A stretch of DNA of 32,490 bases, from assembly GCA_000708835.1 (NCBI GenBank), contig DF237724.1, forward strand, positions 1 through 32,490, written 5' to 3'. This DNA comes from Klebsormidium nitens (Eukaryota; Plantae; Klebsormidiophyceae). A program made the position numbers and the translations under genes. This document shows, piece by piece, positions 9,000-19,300 of this stretch (the first letter of the stretch is position 1; every line of letters starts with the position of its first letter). A model generated the notes under the pieces. The model was given only the letters and a program-made list of their open reading frames with translations, made no database searches and had not been told where the DNA came from.

Positions 9000-11828
9000 A
9001 TGGAAGCAAGCAAGATGGAAAGTGGTGTGAGACGGTGGGCCGTAGATATTCGAGGGTGGGAGGCAACAGATGAGGAGTTTGCATATTGCCTCAGTCTGCT
9101 TCCTGAAGAAGAGACTCTGGCAGTCAACAGGTGAGCAGGCCGTGCCCAGAGTTGTGAAGCATGGTGCAACGATGGGGATTCTAAGAGGCTGAGGCGATAA
9201 CCTGAAGTTGGATCTCAAGGTCATACAGGTCACAATGTTGACGAAATGATATTCGTGCTCTCAATGGAGAGTTTCTGCCTATCTGCTTTGCTAGGCATCA
9301 ATTTGAAGCTTTCTTTCAGCTCATTGGGCTGGTTCTCTAAAAAAGTTTAGTAGGGGACGCCGCTGTCAGCTTCCAGAGTGAAGCAAGCCATTTTCAAAAA
9401 AGACAACAGCTCTTCGTCTGTTGAAGTTCCTTCTCAAGAGCGGCCCTGAACTTATTCAAATGCTCTTGAGCTGTATGCACCAGATAGCATGACGTCTTCT
9501 TCGCTGTTGAAAGTATAACACATATGACTGCTGCCCCACTGACTGTGTCTAATTGCCACCTCCTGCTGTCATATGCAGATATGTCCACCTTGCGGATCGC
9601 AAGCGCGCACTGATCAGTCGTCTTCTTCAGCGGAAACTTGCACATGAAGTCCTGGGCATCCCTCTGGATAGAATCCAGATTCAGCGGACCTGCGAAGGGA
9701 AGCCTTTCCTGGTATGGAGCCCCTAAATAGTTAGACAGCAGCCACTGGTGATTATCTTATTGTGAGACAACCTTTCTTATCAAAGACTGAAGAGCCCTCT
9801 GGATGTTCTGCAATGGAGAAGTGTCCATGAGATGATCTGGAAGTTCCCTCTTTATGCGCCAGGTGCATGCTGAATAATAACGTGGAAACCGAGGACACCC
9901 TTCTGTTGAGATTCTCTAACTTGTTTCACATAGATTTGCGCTGCGGGCGCTTTCCTGACACAAGTTCCTGACAAAGTTCCAGAAATCCGAAAGTGAGTCC
10001 TGTCTGTACAGAGGGTAAATCAAGCATGCGTGCTTCAGTTTGGGGAACTCAGAGTCAGCGTGCGAATGGACTTGGCCGGAAAAGACGTAGTGCTGGTCTA
10101 ACTCTACTCTTACTCACAAACCCAGCCGTTTTCTGCGATTCTGCCCCCCCAAACCCCCCAGGCCCATCCTGTCTCCCTTCTGAAGCTAACACCCCCAATC
10201 CTTCTACAGTGCAGGCAAACCCCGGGGTGCAGTGCCCCTTCCCCTGCTTCAACTACAATGTCTCCCACCATGGCGCCTACGTCGTCCTGGCATCGGACCC
10301 CGCACGCCTAGTTGGCGTCGATGTCATGACGCACTCCCCCATGCGCCAGCCCGCACCCCCCGCAGTCGAGTTCTTCAAGAACTTTACGAAGTGTTACACG
10401 CCCTACGAGTGGGCAAACGTGATGAAGGGGGGCCCCACAGAGACAGGGCTGCTGGACCAGTTTTACAGGCAAGTGATTAAAATGCCGAGCGGTTTTCTGC
10501 TTGCATTTTGGCTTGCGACCTGCTGATCTTGGCTTCGGCCCCTGATTGCTTTTGGACCCGTGACAAAGCAGCCCATCATCGTTTGCTGTTTCAAGGTAGT
10601 AGGCAATTTTGTTCACCAGCCGACAGCGGCCTGACCCAAACCTCTATGGGCAAGTGATACCTTTTGTTCCCTGGTGTAGAAAGTGGCCGCAGAAACTTGA
10701 AAAAGCAACGGAATTGTTTGGGAACTGGGTCCTGACATGTGGCCTGCCCAGTACTTTTCTCACATGGAAACCTCCACAACGGCTTTCATAGCATTCCTCG
10801 GGGACCCCATTCGCCTCTGTTGCCATGCGCATCGTTTCGACTAATATTACGATGCTCCACTCCGGGTGCAGCTTGATTTGTCGTGTCGTATTCTCGTTGT
10901 CTCAACTCAAGGACATGGTCGGAAAGGCGGGCATCACCAGAGGCCTTACCTAAAAAGCACTCTTGAAGGCCAATTTCTTGAACTCCTTGCGTTGTTTTTG
11001 ACAGTCGAAAACGTTTGAAGCAGGTACTGGTGCATGAAAGAGGCCTACATCAAAGCTGTGGGGATCGGTTTGGGCTTCGAGCTGCGGCGCGCTGAGTTTC
11101 ATTACTTGCCCGAAAATGACATACTCAGCAGACGGGCAACGGTGTCTATCGACGGGGTTAGAAGACCGGAATGGATCTTCACGCTTGATCGGTTGGGGGA
11201 AGACCATTGGGTGAGGCCTCTCTTAGAAGCGTGGTCTTCATTCACAGAGTCTGAACAGCGAACACACATTGGGCGATTCGTGAGTGTGGATTCGTCGAGC
11301 AACTGTGGTGTCCACCGTCTGCTGGAAAGTTAAGTGCCTGGCTACTTGAAAGCAGCAGTCATTTCGTGAAGGTCGAAGTGCCGAGTCGGACGTTGCTTGA
11401 CTTGATATTGTCACGTACATCAGTAATTTTGCAGACTTGTGCACCTTATTGACATTGTGGCCGCTGATGGCAATTGCAAGGGTATTGTCCATAGTATGGT
11501 TAGCCGCAGGGGCATTTCTTTGAAAACCGACCTTCGACTGCCTTGTTGTGCTTTAGCCATCAACGTCCCTCGTTTGATTACCTTCAGATCTGGAAGGGTG
11601 GTCGCTCTTTGTTCATTGATCAATGTCTTGTCTTTGCAGGTCTGTGTAGGAAGGGGACCGCCGGAAGAAGCAACCAGCAGTTGTTCTTTCCCAAGCAGCA
11701 GCAAGGCGGCACCAGTGGTCGCACAGCCAGGAGAGAGTGTTCTAGATATCGACTTTGAATTTTTAGCTGTTGAAGATCTGCTAATCAAAGATGAAAAGCT
11801 CTTCTGGCGGACTTCACGGACAATGTGA
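9000..11828 (+). CDS. AASDHPPT: Sfp/AASDHPPT-type 4'-phosphopantetheinyl transferase, about 297 aa, 5 exons
   Basis: Exons 9000-9130, 9579-9711, 10215-10468, 11024-11210 and 11640-11828 total 894 nt in frame. Motifs: GVRRWAVDI, DRKRALISRLLQ, RTCEGKPFL, FNYNVSHHG, VGVDVM, YWCMKEAYIKAVGIGL. Intron 3 uses a GC donor (AG|GCAAGT at 10469). Confidence 0.93.
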
Positions 11829-11849
11829 GGCCGTGATTGGTTGAATTCC

Positions 11850-12420
11850 GTGGGCCAATCAAGTCATTTCGAGAGTCGTGCTGCCTTGTGTAATTCACAA
11901 CCATGAGCGATTTGCTGTGGTGTAAGGCCAATGTCTGTGCGGACTTGCATTGTTGGGGTTGACACGTATCTCGAATGAGTGACACAAATCCGTATTGCAT
12001 ATTACAATCGTAGGCACATCCGCATCTATCTTCGTCGAATCCTTTGCCTGTATGCGCATACTGCCATACGCGTGTACGTGCGTGCAGGAGATGCGCATAG
12101 ATTGTGCTGGAAACCTGGCAGGCTGCATGACAGACTAGATCTCCCGGGGCCTGTCATGGCATGGCATGCTGTGACATGCACAACCAGCTGTATATACGTG
12201 TATACAGACTTCAATAATGGCCATGTGGATCCACATCCGGATGTGGGTCCAAATCCGGATGCATAAGGACCTCGTCCAGCATGTGTGCAGATCGCCTAGC
12301 TGCACATAGGCTTCGAGCGTGAATTCATGACCAGCATAGCGGCGTAAATCACAGACTAAGGATCATGCAAGCGCTTGATCTCCTGGCAACATGCTCCGCG
12401 GCTCAAGATGCGCTAGGTGC
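11850..12420. other. Palindrome-dense intergenic tract 2, between convergent PPTase and RING genes
   Basis: TATGCGCATA 12051-12060, CTGTATA..TATACAG 12188-12207, overlapping perfect palindromes ATGTGGATCCACAT 12223-12236 and CCACATCCGGATGTGG 12231-12246, and many CATG/TGCA. Confidence 0.65.
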
Positions 12421-12802
12421 ACAACAAAGCCTCACACATGTTCTGCATTCCACCATGAACTACGTTGGACATGCACCAGTCGCTCCAAACAAATCATCTG
12501 TATAGAAAGAAAATTGATCGGCGTCATAATCTGCAGAGAGACCGACTGCGGTTTCCACATTCCAAAGAAAGCCCTTAGAAAGAATCAAGTCAAAGACGGT
12601 CCTAATGTACAAAAAGTGGATTCAAGATGCTCTTGCTAACAGGCTATGCAGGACTTCTCTACAATCAGGCTACCTACCGATTCCCTCGCAGGTGTTCAAA
12701 ACAATTTATTCTTTCTGCTTATGATTATGCTACAACTGCGTAGGTCCATCTCGAGAGGAAGTCGTTTGCATGCTCCCAGCCAAAGAGGAATCCTCATGAC
12801 CC

Positions 12803-15178
12803 CTATACAGTGTCGTCGGGAGCGTCTGGTGCTCCATTTACAATGTTGTACTTGCAAAGCGGACAGGTAGCATTTATCTTGAGCCACTTGTCGATGCAAG
12901 GGGAATGGAAATGATGAGTGCATGGCAGCTCCCTAAGCTCAGCACCATCTTCGTATGGAGAAAGGCATATGCAACACTCCTGCAGGCACAGTAAGAAGCA
13001 ATCAGACACTTGACCCAAGGTTTCAAAAGCTCGAACCTTTGCGGTGCCTCATGGCATGTTTGGAGATGGGCTTGAGATGGTAAAACAGAAGAACCTCAAC
13101 TCCTGCCAACAGTGTACAGCTGGGCTTGTCAAGCAATCTCAAAGCAGAAGTTTGGGCATTGGCATTTGATACCTGGCTGCACTACCTGCCTGAGTGCCCT
13201 CTTTGACAGCTCAAAACAAGGCACAAATACGAGCAGATACACACAGATACTTTCAGAACCAAGGACATGAACAGCGTTAAGAGAATTTGGGTAGACATGA
13301 CACTAATTCAAAACGAGTACAGCACTTTTACAATGCTGGACACCTTTCAATGTATAAATCCCTCACCGCATTGTCGGCAGACACTTTGCGCTCTTCCCCT
13401 CCGTTCTGCGGGGTCAGCACTCCCCCCTCACTCGCCCCTTCCTTGTCCCCTCCGAACACGCGGAACTTGAACAGAGGAAGGGCTCGGATATCGTCTTCCG
13501 AGGCCCCCTCCTGGTCCGCCACAGCATACAGGATGGCAATGATGCACGGCAGACAGCAGCAGACGGCAATGCCGATCACACAGGCCAGCGCGACGCAGAA
13601 GACCACAAAGAAGACGTCGAAGGCGAGGAACACGACGGAGAGCCTGCAGAACGGGATAGATCTTTTCATATCTTGAGTCTATCTTCAGACTTGCCTGAGC
13701 AATCCCCAAGGCAGAGTGTAAGCAAGCAAGAGACATGCAAGGAAGTCAGCCTGATGAGTTGCTTGGACAGACAGTCTTTTCCAATTAACGCCCACAGTGC
13801 CCTAATTGTTTGCAAAGTAGCCAGCTGCGCCCGATGACTCTGTGCCCAGCGTGTTTGAGTGGATTATTTCCATTTTTATACTCGAAAAATGTTGGCAACA
13901 ACTGGAAAAAACATGTTTTGTAAGTAAACCAAAACCCTAAATGCACAGCTGGTTTACAAGAAAGGCAGGCACTCCCAGAAGCAGCTCGGTACATCATTGG
14001 TCAAAAGAGAACAGAACCCTGCTTGCTGCTATGCATTAGTATTGCAAACAACCTCTGGGCGGATTCATTGCAGGATTGTCCGGCCCTTACCAGTAAAGGC
14101 AAGGAGCATTGTGTGCAAGCTTTTGGCCGCCTGCAGTAATCCAGTAGAACCCAACAATCCACCATGCAAAAGAGAACATTGTGTTGGCAGACTCCAGTCG
14201 CTTTGCGAGGCTGCACAACAGAAGCAACAATGTGAGGAACAGGAACCCCGAGCAGAAGCTTACAAAAGTTTAAGAGATGCCTGCATTCCATGTGAGCTGC
14301 CAATCCAGGAGAAGCTGCATTATGTACCAAATTCGTTGGGAGTCTGTGTAAGGCACACTAGCAGCCTCCATGCTTGTAAACCTCCTGATCCGAGTTCATC
14401 GACCTCCTCGTTCTGGTAAGAAATAAACGTCCTAAATCCAAATGCTTCGATCCATCAGCCTCCTCTTTGAGCAGCAACACTAAACCCCCAACTTGCAAAA
14501 TGCAATGGGTATGCTAGCCCTTCTGGCCACAATAGCGGGTTGACAAATAATGTAGCACAAAGGGTATCAATGACCGTTCTTTGACTCAATCCCAAGCAAG
14601 TTCCTTGACCAATGCCAGTCAGGTGCCAACCCTTACCTTGCAGGTTCTATTGGCTCGCCCCCTTCTGTCTCTGTTCTGACAGCAACCCGTCTTGAATCAA
14701 AACCTGTTGTTGTGACTACCGTGCCAGACGCTGTCCTCCTTGCCCCTGCTCTCCGCCGCCTCCTCTTAAATTCAGCAAACACACAGACCATGTGCACGAG
14801 GCACTGTGCTGCGTACCCGGCTATCCACAACCGCAGGTTGCTCTTTGGCTTTTCATCCTTGCTCAGAAACAAGATAACAGCAGCTACTATTACGAAGGCG
14901 AGGTTCCACACCAGATCAAGGACGACTACCGGCCGTGAGTATGCCCAATCAGACTGCCTCTCCTCCAGTTGCTCAGCTGCCGATTCCCTAACTTGGAGTG
15001 ACTGCTCTCTCATCAACCGGCTGCTGCCTGCTCGCCTGAAATACGAAGCTGCCTGGATGGTTCTCCTGGGGCTTGTCCGGTTTGGAGGATTGGTTTGAGG
15101 AGCTCCTTGACTAGACGAGGTCCCTAGCAGAGGGGAGTTGGTATCTGGAGCGGACCCTGGCCCACTCCTCACATCCAT
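12803..15178 (-). CDS. Transmembrane RING-H2 E3 ubiquitin ligase (plant At1g12760/At4g11680-like family), about 371 aa, 4 exons
   Basis: Exons 15178-14637, 14210-14091, 13643-13367 and 12979-12803 total 1116 nt in frame. Family motifs: [74 protein letters not shown]2: [41 protein letters not shown]. Confidence 0.93.
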
Positions 15179-15184
15179 GGTTGC

Positions 15185-15226
15185 TGGTTCCTATTGCTAC
15201 ACTCGTGGTTCCTATTGCTACACTCG
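15185..15226. repeat. Perfect 21-bp tandem duplication just upstream of the RING start codon
   Basis: TGGTTCCTATTGCTACACTCG at 15185-15205 and 15206-15226. Confidence 0.95.
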
Positions 15227-16303
15227 CACAGGGTAACCCTACGACCTCGGTAGATTATGCTTTATGAAGATGCGCTCAAGAAGGCATCCGCCACTGGTCA
15301 TGCAACTATCCTGCAAGACCAGCTCGCAAACTATCAGACAAACTCAAAGCAAAACTCTGCAGCGATGGAAGCAGCATCGAATCCAACCAACCCACAGCCA
15401 GAGCAGATCAATAGAATCAAACAAGATTCCAGAGTGCTGCCAAAGACTGGACAGCATGTCAACAGAATCCCTCTCAATGTCTGCGCTTTTTATATCGACA
15501 AGGAACAGCCTGACACAATCGCGGCCACGTAAACAGACAGAATAATCAGGATCAAACCCATTAGCGCAAGGTGGGCAGACTGGCCATGCACGAAGCAATC
15601 TGCCCCAAAGCGAGACAGAATCAATCACAACCAAACCTGAACCCCTGCTCGCTGAGGGCCACTCATGTTGACAAAGAAATGAATAAGTCAAAGGGGCCGG
15701 AAGGGACGTGCAAACTCATACCTGTCAAGCCCAAGAGGCTTCATCTTCAAGCTCGGGAAACAACGAGTCCCCAACATCTTCCCTGAGAAGCACGCAGCGC
15801 AAAAATGGCTTTCCCCCTTCTTGCTTGCACTGCATGCCACGGCAGCCTATGTCCGTTGACGTGAGCAGTCCCCCACCGGCGCAACCGCCATGCTGTATGA
15901 TGAGCTCCCTTCTTTTCTGTTTTGCCGGTAGCTGCGACGCCTGAGTTTCTCTGAGTCTAGCTGTGACTGTCCTTGCTGGATTGAATCCTGAAATGTGAAA
16001 CTCTCAACTTGAATTCCAAGAACTTCAACTTAGCGGAACTTCGGACCGTCAACAGGTTGAGCGACAGATTTTATACGGCTTCGATGTTTTCCACGTGGCA
16101 TAAAGACGCACACGCAAGCTGCGGCGCGGGAGGTCCTCAGCGAGAAAGTTTGGACCATTAAACTTCTCGCCTTCCTAGATCACAGCTCGTTGGCAGCTGG
16201 TTGCAGCTCTGCATGCATCCTGCTCCTTCCTGCAGCAGTTTGCTGCTATGACAGCGTCGCGTATTCTTGCTCAGCGGAAAGCGCATGCCAATGGTGGCTG
16301 TGA
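15227..16303. promoter_or_regulatory. Shared upstream region of the head-to-head RING (-) and TDP1 (+) genes (probable bidirectional promoter and 5' UTRs)
   Basis: The divergent start codons are about 1.1 kb apart, with a CG-rich patch near 16100-16145. Inferred from gene layout only. Confidence 0.45.
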
Positions 16304-19300
16304 ATGGCGTCTCCAGTTCTTGCCGTGCTGACTCCAGCTCAGATCTTGTCAGGCAGCTCAGCAGGTGCTCAACCAGAGGACCTAAGTGCAGTGGCTTTCT
16401 GTGGATGCATTGAGCTGCACGAGGGAAGCCAAGTTTTAGGAAGGGAGCTCTTCGGCACACACAAGGTGCCTCATGTGAGCCGGCGGCATTTGCAGCTAGA
16501 CGTGCGGCTACGGGAGATAGAGGTGACTGTGGTAAGTAACCTGAAGCATGAGCATTCTGAGTGGCGGAGTCATTTGCCATCTACGTCCTCAAATCCTTGA
16601 AGCCCATGCTCGCGGAAAGTAAAGTTAGCATGCAATTTGGAGAAATCCAGTGCTTCAATCTCAGCAGACTCGCTTGATGTGGCCGATAATTTGCTCTCAA
16701 TGAAAACATTACGTTGTTCATAGGTGGGCCAGAACCCCGCTGCCATCACCAACCTCGGGTTCCCCACCATACGCCTCCAACCTGGAGAGAGCGCACTTCT
16801 AAGAGACCGAGGCATGCTGGAATTTCTGCCTGGGCGGCTCCAGTATGAAGTAAACCTTCAGGGGGCAAGTTGTCACCCTATTGCACGAAATTTAGATGTA
16901 GAAAGGGTTGGACTGCCGGAGATCTTTGAGAGGCAAGTGGCCCATAGTGTCAAGGGGAGACGGCAGGAAGGAACTGATAGTGATGCCCAACTGAGTGGCG
17001 TTCTAGCCTTACGTGAGAATCAGCAGACACCACCGCTCATCGGCCAAACCTCTGTGCCAAGAATGCCATTGGATAACCAGTCCCCCCTCAACTCGAGGAG
17101 CGTACCTTTGTTGGTCGAAATTGGCGGCGCGGGTAGCTCTGCCGTGCTACAAGCGGAACACCCGTTGCTGGGTGAAGTCCAGGTTGACGCTCAAGATGAC
17201 GACTGCCATCGTGGGGGGCAACCTAGCAGCCACCAAGACCAGCTAGCTCAGGACGAAGACCTGGCCCGCAAATTGCAGAAGGAGGAGGGGGCCCATGGTG
17301 GGGCCCATTCACACCACAGCAAAGAGCAGCTTGCTTCAGACGAGGCTCTCGCACGCATGCTTCAGGAGCAGGAGGGAGGGGCGGGGGACGAGGGAAGGGT
17401 GGAAGGGCCAGATAGAAAGCGGCGGAGGAGAGGCGAGACAGAGGGGGCAGCAGGAGAAGCGGCGACGTCTGGCAGGTCGCCAGAGGAGGGGGGGGCTCAC
17501 GGGAGTGATGGCCCAGGGGCGTTTCAGTTGCTTCAGGTAGGGTCCAACTCAGCTCGAGCAAATGGAAGTCCTTTCGAATGGGCTGGAATCAGCATGCTTT
17601 TTAGCTTTACTTGGAAGTAGACTTTTGACGATCGGGAAAGTAGTCGAGATTTAATCTAGAGCCTTTTGGCTTTACTTGGGAGTGGACTGGAGATTGCCTG
17701 GATGTTGATTGAAGGTTGAAGATTTGAAAATGGCAAAGTAATCATTTCAGAGCTCCAAACTTTCTCTTTCTAGGCTTCGAAAGGGGCACTGTCCATCACC
17801 TCCTACATCTCTTGCGTCTCCGCTCCATGTCCAGGTGCACGCCCTCCCGCCTTGGGCGAAGCGCGGCTGCTGCCGCATCAGTGACGTCATCCGGGGCGAC
17901 GTCCAGTGGTGCATTCTGACGAACTACATGATCGACATCGAATGGCTGCTGTCAGCGTGTCCCATTCTGTACCACGTCCCCCGGGTTATTCTGATGCACG
18001 GGGAGTCGGGGGCATCGCTGGAGAGGCTGCAGGTGAGGGCTGTCTGCATATGACTGTTCCGAAAGTTCTTCATCATATGGAAGCCCCAAAGATTATGTCC
18101 ATTGTCAGGAAGTCCCTGGTCTTCCATGATTATAGATAGGTTCTGGACTTCACCATAGGGGAAGCTTAGTGAGCCGAAGCTTGCAGAGTTGTGTGGATTC
18201 CAGTATCGAAGGTTATGATTGGTCAAAGCCTTTGCAGTACTCGGCTGCAGAGGGCTTCATCTGAGGAAGCAGTAGGGACATACCTTGGCGAAAGGCAGAA
18301 CGGCCTCCTTTGCCGTCTCGTTTGCGGCTGTATTTGATGGACGAGCAAGGGCTTCACTCGCCCTCCTGAGAGCTACTGTTGCTTCCAGCTGGCTCGGCCG
18401 ACGTCTGTGTGCCTTTCCACGCTTTGCAGGGTACATAGCTTGTCCAGTTCTTTCCTTCTTCCAAGCAGGCCCTTGACTGCCGCTCAAAAGACTGAAACCC
18501 CTTTTCCTCACGCGAAAACTTTATTAGACCCTTCCTTATCACAGACGGAGTCGAAGTGTGTCTCCCATCACGATTTTGCATACTCCTGAGAGCTTCTTGT
18601 GACTTCTTGATACCAACCACAGCAGATGCTCTGCGCAGAAGAATGTTTCCTGTCATATCCTTTCATACTCCTGAGAGCTTAGTGTGACTTTTTATGCCAA
18701 CCACAGCAGACGCTCTGTGGTGCAGTCCACAAAGCCGGCCAACTTCTCCCTGCATAAGCCGCCGCTGCCCATCTCGTATGGCACGCACCACAGCAAGGCC
18801 ATGGTCGTGGTGTACCGGGGCGGCGTCCGAGTGGTGGTACATACCGCGAACCTCATCTACATTGACTGGAACAACAAGACGCAGGGCCTCTGGTACCAGG
18901 CAAGCGCCCCATTCTCACCCATTTCTGTCACATTGTTTGGTGGTAAATGAAGGGCCGATCATGGAAGCGTCCCTTTGATTAGCAGGACGAGGCAAGCAGT
19001 GCGAATGTCGGACGTTATCCAGAAGTGAAGCGAAACAAATCGTATGCTCATGGTCAAGAAGGATCGACAAGAAGGATCTTGCAATCTTGCAGGAGAAAAA
19101 AGGCAGCCCATACCGCTTGATCGCTGCTAAAACTTCTCGTAATCATTCTTTCCCCGCTAAGCGGGGCTGGCCGTCCTTTTCGGTGTATCTATTGATCTCC
19201 CGCACCATCTTCCGGAATTTTCGCTGTCTCTACGTTGAGTCCGTCCTTACCAACCGCCAGCTTTGTTAGGCCAAAAATTGTGGAGCAGTCAGTAAAAGCC

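Noticed and set aside
12803-17400. Functional module of RING E3 plus ubiquitin-binding TDP1 as a head-to-head pair
   Set aside because: The RING protein is a multi-pass membrane type and unlikely to act on nuclear TOP1 adducts. Divergent pairs are common in compact genomes.
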